Program-made: the position numbers and the translations under genes
Notes under the pieces: generated by a model
Database searches by the model: none
The model's input: the letters and a program-made list of their open reading frames with translations, nothing else
Told to the model about the DNA's origin: nothing
Source of the DNA: Candidatus Saccharimonadales bacterium
GTDB lineage: Bacteria > Patescibacteriota > Saccharimonadia > Saccharimonadales > EFPC-124
Assembly (NCBI GenBank): GCA_035457485.1
Contig: DATIBO010000006.1
Coordinates: 306,659 to 370,658, forward strand
Direction: 5' to 3'
DNA length: 64,000 bases
Shown: one piece after another, positions 27,942 through 37,596 of the stretch
Numbering within the stretch: position 1 is the stretch's first letter
How the letters are laid out: each line of letters begins with the position of its first letter

Positions 27942-29212
27942 AACCGATTTACGCTCTAGTTGATTGCAATAACTTTTTTGTAAGTTGTGAGCGCGTTTTT
28001 AGACCAGATTTATGGAATAAGCCGGTCTGCGTTTTAAGTAATAACGATGGCTGCATAGTCGCGCGTAGCAACGAGGTTAAAGCTATGGGCGTAAAAATGG
28101 GCGCGCCGTATTTTGAAATGCGTGATATTTTGACTCGTAATAACGTTACGCTTTTTTCGGGGAACTTTGCGCTTTATGGAGATTTTTCGCAGCGTGTTGT
28201 GCAGATTTTAAAGCAAGAATCTCCTAACATTGAAGTTTATTCGGTGGATGAATCTTTTTTGGAAATTTCGGGTTTGCCGATTAAAGATTACTCGGAGTGG
28301 GGTCGGCAGCTTAGCGCTAGAGTTTTTAAAAATATTGGAATTCCAGTATCTGTCGGAATCGCGCCGAGCAAAACGCTGGCCAAAGCGGCGGCTGATTTTG
28401 CCAAAAAGAACCCAGACGTGCAAGGCGCCTTTAGTGTGGCTGGTAACGATAGCGAGCGCGAACGGCTTTTAAGATGGCTGCCGGTTGGTGATGTTTGGGG
28501 TGTTGGCTGGCGAACGGCGCCAAAATTGATAGGACGAGGTATTCGCACCGCTTACGATTTAAGCAAGGCCGATCTAACATGGGCGCAGAATCAGCTGAGT
28601 ATTAGGGGAGTCAAAACAGTTCGTGAACTCCGTGGCGAAAGCTGCATAAGTTTAGATGTGAACGATGAGTTGCAAAAGACCATGACTCGGAGTCGAAGCT
28701 TTGGACACACGATACGTAATTATTTTGAGCTCGAAGCAGCGATTGCTACTTTTACGGCTCAGGCAGCGGCAAAATTGCGTGATAAAAAAGAGATCGCTGG
28801 CTCAATTACAGTCTTTTTGTACGGATCGAAACACGCCGAAGTTCGCAGCGGTGGCTCCCTTGAAGTTAAATTGATGCCGCCCACCAATCACACTGGCCAA
28901 CTTATAAACTCCGCTCTGCAAGGGCTACAAAAAGTTTATGATCAAGATTTTGGATATAAAAAAGCCGGCGTGACTCTAACCAACCTGTTGCCTGAAAGCG
29001 CACGCCAGCTTGAGTTGGGTGCCGATACCAAAAAATTAGACAAGCATATAAAACTCATGCAAACCGTCGATTTAATAAATAGATCGGTCGGGGCGCGGTT
29101 GGTTCGCCATGCTAGTGAGGACCCAATGCGAACTTACTGGTTTAGTCGAAAGCAGCTAAAAAGCCCGGCCTATACAACAAGTTGGTCGGAATTACCAGTT
29201 ATTAAACGCTAA
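27929..29212 (+). CDS. umuC: Y-family translesion DNA polymerase (UmuC-like)
   Basis: N-terminus YALVDCNNFFVSCERVFRPDL...VLSNNDGC..., then SVDE, is typical of UmuC. Confidence 0.8.
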   Translation: MAAVKPIYALVDCNNFFVSCERVFRPDLWNKPVCVLSNNDGCIVARSNEVKAMGVKMGAPYFEMRDILTRNNVTLFSGNFALYGDFSQRVVQILKQESPNIEVYSVDESFLEISGLPIKDYSEWGRQLSARVFKNIGIPVSVGIAPSKTLAKAAADFAKKNPDVQGAFSVAGNDSERERLLRWLPVGDVWGVGWRTAPKLIGRGIRTAYDLSKADLTWAQNQLSIRGVKTVRELRGESCISLDVNDELQKTMTRSRSFGHTIRNYFELEAAIATFTAQAAAKLRDKKEIAGSITVFLYGSKHAEVRSGGSLEVKLMPPTNHTGQLINSALQGLQKVYDQDFGYKKAGVTLTNLLPESARQLELGADTKKLDKHIKLMQTVDLINRSVGARLVRHASEDPMRTYWFSRKQLKSPAYTTSWSELPVIKR

Positions 29213-29313
29213 GTTGTGTTGGGACCGGCCATCGTTTGCATAAACTTATCTTGCTTTTTTATAAGAAATGTTGTATAAAATATTTCTGGGAAACTAGTCA
29301 ACCGGAGGTAGAA

Positions 29314-29886
29314 ATGCACTGGGTTGTTCGAGCGGTTCTGACGGGGTCTATGCCACCGTTGAGTTCCGTCGAAAAGTCGGAGTACATCGAGAACTTCAAC
29401 GCGATTGCCGATCGGGTCACCAAGGTGACGTTGATCGAAGAGCAGAAGTCGGTGTACGCGCAGCGTAAGGCCTCGGGGCTCGACAACGCGCAGAAGAACG
29501 CGGCCGTCATGGCGAACATCGCTGTGGTTGCGGCGGGCATCATCGCCCTAATCAATGCCGACGTCAGTCTGGCGTCAATGGCGCTGGTCGCCACCTCGCT
29601 CGTCTTCATGATCCTCGCTGTGGTGATCTCGTACGTGATGTTCGCGCCCAAGTCCAAGAACTGGAAGCGTGCAAGTCGCAACGAGAACACCCGCCGGACA
29701 TCGCTCAAGCGAGTCCAAGCGGCCGCCAATGGCGATGATGCTCTTCTGGAGTACATATACCTCGAGGCGGTCGAAGGCGAGCATCACTGGAACTACCTGC
29801 TGCTACTGGAGCGCCGCGAGTTCGGGCTGATCTGCGTGCTGAGCGCGCTCGGCCTGATCCTGTCCGCGCTCAGCCTGCTCTTCTGA
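29314..29886 (+). CDS. GC-rich membrane protein (190 aa; cytosolic N-domain, central TM pair, C-terminal TM)
   Basis: Start moved to the ATG after CGGAGG. The first 26 track codons are AT-rich and unlike the rest. G/C-ending codons. Confidence 0.6.
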   Translation: MHWVVRAVLTGSMPPLSSVEKSEYIENFNAIADRVTKVTLIEEQKSVYAQRKASGLDNAQKNAAVMANIAVVAAGIIALINADVSLASMALVATSLVFMILAVVISYVMFAPKSKNWKRASRNENTRRTSLKRVQAAANGDDALLEYIYLEAVEGEHHWNYLLLLERREFGLICVLSALGLILSALSLLF

Positions 29887-29904
29887 GCGGGCGTTTCCCA
29901 CAGA

Positions 29905-29936
29905 CTCCGGTCCTGCGCAAGTGTGCGGGGCCGGAG
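29905..29936 (+). terminator. GC-rich hairpin after 29314-29886
   Basis: CTCCGG...CCGGAG outer stem with an inner GCGC/GTGC stem. No long T-tract. Confidence 0.45.
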
Positions 29937-30011
29937 TTAGGAAGAACTTATTTTGACAAAGAACATCATTTATTAGAAAATATTTCAGCACCAAATAGAA
30001 GGAGGTGCTGG

Positions 30012-30563
30012 ATGAGGAAAATCCTCATCGGACTAGCCGTGCTTAGCCTGGCGCTGAGCGGCTGTGCTATCCGCGACGAGGTCAACGAGACCACGGCCGA
30101 GATTCAGGCTGAGAACAGCCGGCAGGAACATCTGGCTCTGCTCGACAGTCTGATGTCTGGCAAGGGTTGGTACGGTTCCGGTCTCGACGCCAACGGTCGC
30201 GAGATCGCCCACGAGGAGCAGGCGGACGGCTCGTTCGCTTATCTGGTGGAGGTCGGTCACAACAACCGCTTTTGCCAGCCGGTGTTCATGATGGTGAGAA
30301 AGGCGACGGCCACAACCGAGACGAAGTTGGAGCCCAAGAACTGGGGTTTCAAGATCGTTCGACTTCAGCCGGAGCCGAAGACTCAACACTTGCCCACACT
30401 GGATCCGGTCGACGGCGAGATCCTGGCCAAGGACCTGCCTGCTGAGTGGAGGGTGATGGACCTGGATGCTGCGACCTACAAGAAGCAGCTCGAGGTGATC
30501 ACCGCCAATCCGCAGGGCGAGTCGCAGGAGCGGATCGCTAACCTCTGCAAGTCCAAGCGGTAA
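30012..30563 (+). CDS. GC-rich lipoprotein (183 aa)
   Basis: Lipobox LALSGC after a signal peptide (MRKILIGLAVLSLALSGC). AGGAGG upstream. Confidence 0.7.
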   Translation: MRKILIGLAVLSLALSGCAIRDEVNETTAEIQAENSRQEHLALLDSLMSGKGWYGSGLDANGREIAHEEQADGSFAYLVEVGHNNRFCQPVFMMVRKATATTETKLEPKNWGFKIVRLQPEPKTQHLPTLDPVDGEILAKDLPAEWRVMDLDAATYKKQLEVITANPQGESQERIANLCKSKR

Positions 30564-30593
30564 GTGTCGGGTTAGCCCGGCCGTACCCATGGC

Positions 30594-30621
30594 GGGGGAG
30601 TCGCTTCAGTGCGACTCCCCC
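30594..30621 (+). terminator. GC-rich hairpin after the lipoprotein gene
   Basis: GGGGGAGTCGC-N6-GCGACTCCCCC, a perfect 11-bp stem. Confidence 0.55.
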
Positions 30622-30646
30622 AGGAAAGAACTCATATTATAATTCG

Positions 30647-30958
30647 CTAATGCTTCTTTTTAGCTTGTCTTTCGAGTACCCATTTCATTGATGGGCTTAA
30701 CGGTTTGTCGGTCCGGTGGATACATCCCACCCAGCAACAGGGGCGACGCTTGCCTTCAGAGAGCTCATTTATTGTTCTCTCAACGTGGTTTTTGCGTGTG
30801 TCGGCTTGTTTGACCGTTGTAACCCAACAAATCCATTCATTGCGGGCAAGGGGGGTGATATTTTCCCAGGCTTGAAGTGACTTCGGGCGGGCTAGCAGCG
30901 CCGCGCGTAAGTCTGTCGACAATTTATGAACAGTTCCGCCGGAGATTTTTATGGCCAT
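30647..30958 (-). CDS. YdeI/OmpD-associated family protein
   Basis: LQAWENITPLARNEWICWV...KRRPCCW is typical of the YdeI family. Confidence 0.6.
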   Translation of the reverse strand: MAIKISGGTVHKLSTDLRAALLARPKSLQAWENITPLARNEWICWVTTVKQADTRKNHVERTINELSEGKRRPCCWVGCIHRTDKPLSPSMKWVLERQAKKKH

Positions 30959-30996
30959 AAGTTTATTTTACAGCAAATTTGGTCCGGTTCGACAAG

Positions 30997-31437
30997 CTAC
31001 GCGGTGGCGCTTGATTTCACCTCAGCGATTCGGGCGCGCACGGTATTTTGTAGGTGCGCAATAGCTTGCTCCTTGTTTTTGCGAGCATCTGTAATTATGT
31101 CAGGTGAATTTTTTAATTCGCTATGTGTATCACTCCAAAGCATCATCTCAACCATCGTTGGAATCAAGTCGATGCCACGCTCAGTTAAGATGTAAGTTTG
31201 TTTGGTTTTGCTTTTGCGCTCGGCGTCAAACTGTTTTTCAATAATTCCTGCATGCTCTAACATTTTTAATCGTTGTGCCAAAATGTTTGTGGCGATTTTT
31301 TCGTTGGATTCAAGCATTTCTTTGTAGGTCAACTTCCCCGAAAAAACCATGTCACGGACAATTAGTAAGCTCCACTTGTCGCCAAGTGTTTCCAAAGCAA
31401 AATTTAACGGACAGTCTGAACGAAGGCTTTGCAACAT
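30997..31437 (-). CDS. HxlR-family transcriptional regulator
   Basis: CPLNFALETLGDKWSLLIVRDM is an HxlR signature. Divergent from an MFS gene. Confidence 0.85.
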   Translation of the reverse strand: MLQSLRSDCPLNFALETLGDKWSLLIVRDMVFSGKLTYKEMLESNEKIATNILAQRLKMLEHAGIIEKQFDAERKSKTKQTYILTERGIDLIPTMVEMMLWSDTHSELKNSPDIITDARKNKEQAIAHLQNTVRARIAEVKSSATA

Positions 31438-31456
31438 AACGTGATTTTAGCAAATT

Positions 31457-31475
31457 AACTTGCATTTTGCAAGTT
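31457..31475. promoter_or_regulatory. Candidate HxlR operator (perfect palindrome)
   Basis: AACTTGCA-TTT-TGCAAGTT in the hxlR/MFS divergent intergenic region. Confidence 0.45.
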
Positions 31476-31581
31476 TATAATGTAACCTGCAATACATAAG
31501 CTAAAAAAGTAGGAATTTTTATGGCAAAAAATACAGATCGTGCCGCGCTCACGACGCAAATTTTAATGCGAAAGGTAAGTT

Positions 31582-32925
31582 GTGAATAAAAAAGTAATTT
31601 TGTTTTTGGCATGTTTAGCGCAATTTATTGTAATTGTAGACCTTGCCATTGTTAACGTTGCTCTACCGACAATAGGCCAACAGATGTCGTTAACTTCAAG
31701 TGCACTGCAATGGATTGTAGTTGCTTACGGTCTATTTTTTGGTGGCTTTTTATTAATGGGCGGTCGCTTAGGCGATGTTCTGGGTCGCCGCAAAGTACTT
31801 TTGAGCGGTCTTACCTTGTTTACAGCAGCGTCTTTGGTGGCTGGATTTGCGGACTCTGCCCTTGTCTTGATTGCGGCCCGTGCTGTGCAAGGTCTGGGTG
31901 CGGCATTAATTGCGCCGTCAGCTTTAGGTATTCTAGCCTCGACGTTTGCCGAAGGTAAAGAACGCGCTAAAGCCTTGGGTGTTTTTGGTGCTGTTGGTGG
32001 CGCAGCCGGATCTGTTGGAGTTGTAGCAAGCGGTTTATTAACCGATGGTCCAGGTTGGCAGTGGATATTTTTTATCAACATCCCGCTTGGTGCTTTGTTG
32101 ATTGCCTTAGCTTTGAAAAACTTACCCAAAGAGACACGTACTAAAAACGAACGCATCGATGTACTCGGTGCCGCGTCTGTTACAGGTGGACTTCTGGCCT
32201 TTATTTACGGATTAAACCATGCCGTCGAAGCCGGATGGACTTCGCCGCTGACTCTGGGTGCATTTGCAGTAGCCATCTTATTGTTTGTAGTTTTTTGGCG
32301 CAGTGAATCTCGCTCGAGTGACCCGCTTGTACCGTTTGCCGCGCTTAAAAATCGAACGTCGTCTGCTTCGTTACTGATCGGGCTGTTCACGTTCGGAGCG
32401 CTGTTTGCGTTCATATATATGACCTCGCTTTATATGCAGCAACAGCTCCACTTTTCGCCAACGCAAACTGGTGTAGCTTGGTTAGTAATGTCGGTGTCCT
32501 CGTTTGCGGCATCTATTTTTACTGGAGCTAAATTGCTTGGCCGGCTTTCTATTAAACAACTCTTATTTATAAGCTTGTCAGCAATGGTTGTAGGTGTGCT
32601 TTGGATTTTACGCGCACCGGCTGAACCTATGTTTATGCTAGATATCGTGCCTACACTTTTACTTATGGGAATTGGTGGTGGTATGGCGATCCCAGCCATT
32701 CAGGTTGGGGCACTGACTGGTGTCGAGCCTAAGCGTGTCGGCCTGATATCGGGCTTGGCCGAAACTACTCGTGAGCTTGGCGCCGTCGTCATTATCGCCG
32801 GTGTTACAACTGCGATTGTTATGCAAGATGCTTTACTGGCAGGATTTCGAGCTGGTTTTGCGGTAATTGCAAGTGCTGCGATTTTGGCGATCGTGATCGC
32901 TGCAGTCGTGTTCAGAAAAAAGTAA
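31582..32925 (+). CDS. MFS transporter, DHA2 (EmrB/QacA)-like
   Basis: VDLAIVNVALPTI, GGRLGDVLGRRKVL and 14-TM-type length. GTG start. Confidence 0.85.
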   Translation: MNKKVILFLACLAQFIVIVDLAIVNVALPTIGQQMSLTSSALQWIVVAYGLFFGGFLLMGGRLGDVLGRRKVLLSGLTLFTAASLVAGFADSALVLIAARAVQGLGAALIAPSALGILASTFAEGKERAKALGVFGAVGGAAGSVGVVASGLLTDGPGWQWIFFINIPLGALLIALALKNLPKETRTKNERIDVLGAASVTGGLLAFIYGLNHAVEAGWTSPLTLGAFAVAILLFVVFWRSESRSSDPLVPFAALKNRTSSASLLIGLFTFGALFAFIYMTSLYMQQQLHFSPTQTGVAWLVMSVSSFAASIFTGAKLLGRLSIKQLLFISLSAMVVGVLWILRAPAEPMFMLDIVPTLLLMGIGGGMAIPAIQVGALTGVEPKRVGLISGLAETTRELGAVVIIAGVTTAIVMQDALLAGFRAGFAVIASAAILAIVIAAVVFRKK

Positions 32926-32986
32926 TCTAAAAAATAACTAAATCAAAAAGACTTTCTGCAGTGGAAAGTCTTTTTGATTTTACTAA

Positions 32987-33544
32987 CTAAAGATCCTTCG
33001 CCATTTCTGGTAGGCGCTTTCTTCGGTGGTTTGCGACGCGCTCCCTAGTTGAGCATCGGCTGGAACAGTATTTTCGGCCACCACCTTTCCCTAGGTCGAT
33101 AAACGGTTTGCCGCAAATACAAATTCCGCAGACATTACGCTGCTTTTCGGCGAGTAAGATGGCAAGCGCGAATGCCGACGATGCCGCAAACCATTCTGCC
33201 CATGGCGCGTGATCGTTACTGTCGATGTGCAAGTGCCAGGGAGTTGCAGAATGAGCGCTTAGTCTAGGTTGGTGTGCGTAATCTCGGAGTAATTCATTTA
33301 TTAAGTTGACTGCAAAGTCGGTCTTTTGAGTAATAAATATGGCGTATAGTCGTTTCGATGCGGCTTTTAATTCAATTAAATCGGTTTTAGTGATCTTGGG
33401 ATTGGTCTCGCCGTAAACTTTGAGTATTTGCTCAACATCTCTTTCTGTTGAATGTGGCTGAACATGCAAAATATAAACCATATCAGCGGCGCGTTTCGCT
33501 GCGTGCGCGGTGGGTCCTAAAGAAAACTGATTTGCTTTTTCCAT
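32987..33544 (-). CDS. CGNR zinc-finger (ABATE + zf-CGNR) putative regulator
   Basis: C-terminal C..C....GGGRKYCSSRCSTRERVANHR motif. Divergent from an MFS gene. Confidence 0.75.
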   Translation of the reverse strand: MEKANQFSLGPTAHAAKRAADMVYILHVQPHSTERDVEQILKVYGETNPKITKTDLIELKAASKRLYAIFITQKTDFAVNLINELLRDYAHQPRLSAHSATPWHLHIDSNDHAPWAEWFAASSAFALAILLAEKQRNVCGICICGKPFIDLGKGGGRKYCSSRCSTRERVANHRRKRLPEMAKDL

Positions 33545-33568
33545 CGCCTCAGTATACTATTATGTAAC

Positions 33569-34744
33569 ATGAAAAAGCAACAAATACGTTACACATTAAA
33601 ACACTACCTCCTAGGCGCTATTTCGGCTCGACTTGGCGACGAGATGACCGGTCAGGCGATCTTACTGCTTGGAATTTCGTTAGGCTCAGCAGCACTAGGC
33701 TCAACATTGCTTGCTGGGCTCACGTTTTCGGCTGCAATCGGAGGCCCTTTACTCGGTGCGGTTCTTGATCGCAGTGAGCGACCAGGGCGGACGTTGGCTC
33801 TTTCGCTAGGCTTGTATGCGGTCGGAATTGGGTTAATCGCTTGGTCGATTGGTCATGTTCCGGCTACAATATCGTTCGCGCTTGCTCTGTTGGCTGGTAT
33901 TTTTATGCCTGCGATTTCGGGAGGGTGGTCTTCGCGACTAAAGTCCTTTAATCCTAAAGAGCACATGACGCGTGTTAGTGCCATAGACGCCGCCACTTTT
34001 AATATAGTTGGGCTGGCTGGCCCAGCTTTGGCGGGTATTATCGCTGGATGGCTTGGCGCGAGTTGGGCTGTGGCTGTGATCATTGCGCTACTAGTTGCCG
34101 CATTGCCCATGGCTTGGATTTTGCCTAAACACAAGATCGAATTCGAAAAACGAACATCATTTTTACAAGATGTTCTGTCTGGTTTAAAAATCATTGTTAC
34201 TAATCGAGCTTTGTTTAGGGTTACACTTTTGTCGGTAATTTCTTACATGGGTATTGGTATGTTGTGGGTAATTTGTCCGTTAATTGGCTTGACTCAAACC
34301 GGAAGTGTTGGCTTTGGTGGAATTATGATGTCTGTGCTTTCGGTCGGGGCTCTAATCGCGACATCTCTTTATGCTAAGTGGCCGACGAAGTATAGTGCAG
34401 ATTCTGTTGCGCTGACGACTACGATAATTTTGGCTACTGCTCTTTTGCTATTGGCTTTCGCGGGCAATGTTTTTGTGGTTTTGGCGGCCATGTTTGTTGC
34501 GGGCTTGGCCGACGGTCCTCAGCTAGCCGCGGTGTTTTCTGTACGTCATCGTGAGGCGCCGGAGCAGTTTAGGAGCCAAGTATTCACAACGGGCGCCAGT
34601 TTAAAAATTACTGCCGCCGCGGTAGGTGCACTTGTTGCCGGATATTTGGCCGAGCAATCGATTGTAGTGTCTGCGGTTCTAGCGGCAGGCGTTCAATTGT
34701 TGGCGGCGCTTTCGTACATTTTGGTTCGCAAGGCTAGACATTAG
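33569..34744 (+). CDS. MFS transporter
   Basis: 391 aa, 12-TM-type hydrophobic profile, D-R-x-x-R-type loop (LDRSERPGR). Confidence 0.75.
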   Translation: MKKQQIRYTLKHYLLGAISARLGDEMTGQAILLLGISLGSAALGSTLLAGLTFSAAIGGPLLGAVLDRSERPGRTLALSLGLYAVGIGLIAWSIGHVPATISFALALLAGIFMPAISGGWSSRLKSFNPKEHMTRVSAIDAATFNIVGLAGPALAGIIAGWLGASWAVAVIIALLVAALPMAWILPKHKIEFEKRTSFLQDVLSGLKIIVTNRALFRVTLLSVISYMGIGMLWVICPLIGLTQTGSVGFGGIMMSVLSVGALIATSLYAKWPTKYSADSVALTTTIILATALLLLAFAGNVFVVLAAMFVAGLADGPQLAAVFSVRHREAPEQFRSQVFTTGASLKITAAAVGALVAGYLAEQSIVVSAVLAAGVQLLAALSYILVRKARH

Positions 34745-34955
34745 AGCCACGTAATTGGGATCGTTAGGAATTTCGAAACATATATCCATGCTTCGAGCAA
34801 TGAGGGAAGAGCTAAGATTTCGACCATAAGCTTCGAAGAAATCGCCACAAACTCAGTAATGCGCGTTTTATACGGATGTAATCCTATCGGATTTAAATCA
34901 CCAACGACAGTTTTAAAGGAGCCAAATTACAGGTACCATCAAAAAGTTGTGTAGT

Positions 34956-35729
34956 TTAGGCTAACAAAACACCTCCATCTACTACAACTTGTGACCCAGT
35001 CATATAAGATGACATATCTGAGGCTAAGAACAAGGCTACCTTTCCGATTTCGTCTGGCTCGCCAAATCGCTTCATTGGAATTTTTGCCGTAAAAGCCTCC
35101 ATCCCGGGTGCTACTTTACCGTTTTTAGCGCCTGTCCCGGGTGTGATTATGCCGCCAGGTGCAATCGCATTAACACTAATGTTGTGCGGCGCGAGCTCTA
35201 ATGCTACGTTTTTTGTGAATCCCCAGACTCCATGTTTTGATGCGTCGTAAGGGGCTAGGCCGATCATAGATGGATGAAGTGCGTCGATTGAAGTAATGTT
35301 GATAATTTTGCCAGCTAATCCCTTAGCGATCATATGTTTGCTAACAATTTTTGTTGTCATAAAGACGCTTCTTAGGTTGACGCTCATAATTCGGTCAAAT
35401 TCTTCGGTGTTGAGCTCCGACATCGGCTTGATGGGGTAAATGCCGGCGTTATTAACGAGAATGTCGATCTTACCAAAAGCTGCGATTGTCATCTGACACA
35501 TGTTATCTATGTCCTGTTCTTTGGCGACGTCCGCTAGCGTGTAGCTTATTTTCCAGCCTTTGGGGTCGAGCTTGCTTTTGGCTTCATCTAGGTTAGCCTG
35601 ATTGACATCGGCAATCATTACATTGGCGCCAGCCTCGGCTAAACGGTAAGCTATTCCAAAGCCAATGCCTACGCCTGCGCCTGTTACAACTGCACTTTTA
35701 CCATTTAAGTTTAAAAGCTCAGTTTTCAT
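34956..35729 (-). CDS. Short-chain dehydrogenase/reductase (SDR)
   Basis: TGAGVGIG, NNAG and YDASK motifs. Start moved to the internal ATG (MKTELLNLNGK). Confidence 0.85.
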   Translation of the reverse strand: MKTELLNLNGKSAVVTGAGVGIGFGIAYRLAEAGANVMIADVNQANLDEAKSKLDPKGWKISYTLADVAKEQDIDNMCQMTIAAFGKIDILVNNAGIYPIKPMSELNTEEFDRIMSVNLRSVFMTTKIVSKHMIAKGLAGKIINITSIDALHPSMIGLAPYDASKHGVWGFTKNVALELAPHNISVNAIAPGGIITPGTGAKNGKVAPGMEAFTAKIPMKRFGEPDEIGKVALFLASDMSSYMTGSQVVVDGGVLLA

Positions 35730-36180
35730 TTTTAAGATCCTTAAAAATATTTTTATCACCAGCGTTGTGACCTTTGTAATGCGCTAGCCGTGCGGTAAGG
35801 AGTTTAATACTGATCACTTGGTAAGATCCGGCCCTTATTTTTGCAAGAGGCGGCAACCAGTCTGCTGAGTTTGCGTAAATCTTAGACATTTCTCTCATAA
35901 CCTGATCGATTATTCTGACATCATTTACTACTGAGACATCACCGCTGAGCTGCAAGCTACTATTGTCCGACGAGTCAACGATAGTTACCGAGACCATAGG
36001 GTTTTCTTGTATATTCTTGAATTTTTGAGTCTCGGTTTTTGTAATAAAGTAAAGCTGGTCGATTGATTTAGCGTAAATATAAATTGCTGCACCGAACGGC
36101 CTACTGCTTTTGCCTGTAGTGCCCAAAACGGCTACAGGGTGGTCCTTTATGTAGTTTACAATTTCCTGCTGGGTGGGCAT
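35719..36180 (-). CDS. Pyridoxamine 5'-phosphate oxidase family protein
   Basis: HPVAVLGTTGKSSRPFGAAIYIY... is a split-barrel-type N-terminus. Resemblance only. Confidence 0.55.
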   Translation of the reverse strand: MPTQQEIVNYIKDHPVAVLGTTGKSSRPFGAAIYIYAKSIDQLYFITKTETQKFKNIQENPMVSVTIVDSSDNSSLQLSGDVSVVNDVRIIDQVMREMSKIYANSADWLPPLAKIRAGSYQVISIKLLTARLAHYKGHNAGDKNIFKDLKNEN

Positions 36181-36258
36181 TTCAATCTCCTTTGTTGCAA
36201 ATGGGCGTCTAAAATTAGTTTATTACATTATGTTACTGCGGGCTAATTTTGACGGTTA

Positions 36259-36681
36259 TTACCGCGAGACTGAAATAGTTGCACCGTTTTCAGCGTCTGG
36301 TGCGGCGACGGTTACGATATCGTTAGAGTCCACTGCAACAGTGTATCCGGTATTGTCTGTGGTGCCGCCGCTAGGATCGAGTGGGATATCTTTTATGTAA
36401 TTTGCGAGTGGTGTTGCTAAATTGTCGCAGGTTCCGCATGTCCCTATGTCGGTTACTGCTTGACCAGCCGTTAGGCCCGTTGGTAGTGTTCCGTCATTAT
36501 CAACGATGTATTCATGAATCGCCGTCAAAACTGTATTAACGTCACTCCATCGCCTAGAGTTTCGAGAATCAGCAAAACGTCGGGCTGGATCGTACGAGAC
36601 TAGAGCTATAGAAGCTAGAATTCCGATAACCGTTATAACTATTAATAATTCTAGAATTGTAAAACCTTTTTTACTTTTCAT
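36259..36681 (-). CDS. Type IV pilin (likely major pilin)
   Basis: Prepilin leader and N-methylation site KKGFTILELLIVITVIGILASIAL. Confidence 0.85.
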   Translation of the reverse strand: MKSKKGFTILELLIVITVIGILASIALVSYDPARRFADSRNSRRWSDVNTVLTAIHEYIVDNDGTLPTGLTAGQAVTDIGTCGTCDNLATPLANYIKDIPLDPSGGTTDNTGYTVAVDSNDIVTVAAPDAENGATISVSR

Positions 36682-36727
36682 CTTTAATCTCCTTTTACTT
36701 TAAACAAAATGTGCTTGGGCTATTTTT

Positions 36728-37099
36728 TCATGGCCCCTCCTGCCAGTCTAGGATGTTGACCGTAGTGTTCCGTTCGGCTATAACATGTAGGTTTTTGGTG
36801 TAATCTTGATAACTCCCTGCAACTTTAAAGTCCCATATATTGCCAGTGTGTGAGTTAAGAGTGATCGTACAGGTTGTTGTGGGCGTTATGATGTTTGCCG
36901 GAAGTGAATTATTTGCGCGCAGATACAATAAAACATCTTCGGTGCAACCTTCGACGGCACTTAGGGTTTTGTAAGAAACCGCCATGGTTCGTGATGATTG
37001 CAGGCTATTTATAGACGAAGCAGTCAACGTTATTGTGATTATTGTTAAAATCGCAGTTAAAACTATAACGCTAATTATTGCAACGTAACCCTTTTGCAT
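36728..37099 (-). CDS. Pilus-associated protein (PilX-like N-terminal TM)
   Basis: N-terminal hydrophobic helix within the pilin gene block. The stop of the upstream gene abuts it. Confidence 0.45.
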   Translation of the reverse strand: MQKGYVAIISVIVLTAILTIITITLTASSINSLQSSRTMAVSYKTLSAVEGCTEDVLLYLRANNSLPANIITPTTTCTITLNSHTGNIWDFKVAGSYQDYTKNLHVIAERNTTVNILDWQEGP

Positions 37100-37596
37100 T
37101 ATTCGGCCCTCACTTCGCTGGCAGAAGTTAGTGTTTGGCTCGCCTTAAATTCACTGCGATCGCCGGTTAACTCACCACCAATTGTGAACTTGATGTTGTT
37201 TGAGTTGCCGTGGCTTAAGTTTTCAAAGCTCAAGGTAGCATTAACATCCTGTGGTGTTAAATTGCATGGGTTGGTTGCCGGGCAGGGGGCGGAACTTCCC
37301 CATCCGATTCGTACACGGCCAGAGCTTAAGTCTATTACTGTTGGGTTGCGGGCTGCGTCGAGCGAAGCCAAAGAGACCGAGGTCGGGGTAACTGAATTTA
37401 TTGCGCTTGCGGCTCTAATTTCGAGCTCAATTCGACTGCTTGCAAACCGCAAAGAATTGCTAAGCTTTTGTTGAGTTTGGCTTTTACTGCTAGTGTAGAT
37501 AGCATCCCAGCCAAAAATAACCGCCGACAGAACCAAAATGCTGACTAACCCCACGTAAAGAATTACTTCGATAAATGTAAAACCTGATTTTTTCAT
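37099..37596 (-). CDS. Minor (pseudo)pilin with prepilin-type N-terminus
   Basis: KKSGFTFIEVILYVGLVSIL. Confidence 0.75.
   Translation of the reverse strand: MKKSGFTFIEVILYVGLVSILVLSAVIFGWDAIYTSSKSQTQQKLSNSLRFASSRIELEIRAASAINSVTPTSVSLASLDAARNPTVIDLSSGRVRIGWGSSAPCPATNPCNLTPQDVNATLSFENLSHGNSNNIKFTIGGELTGDRSEFKASQTLTSASEVRAE

Noticed and set aside
30033-30590. 185-aa minus-strand ORF and other frames over the lipoprotein gene.
   Set aside because: It is antisense to an ORF with a clear signal peptide, lipobox and RBS, and is a GC-rich artefact.
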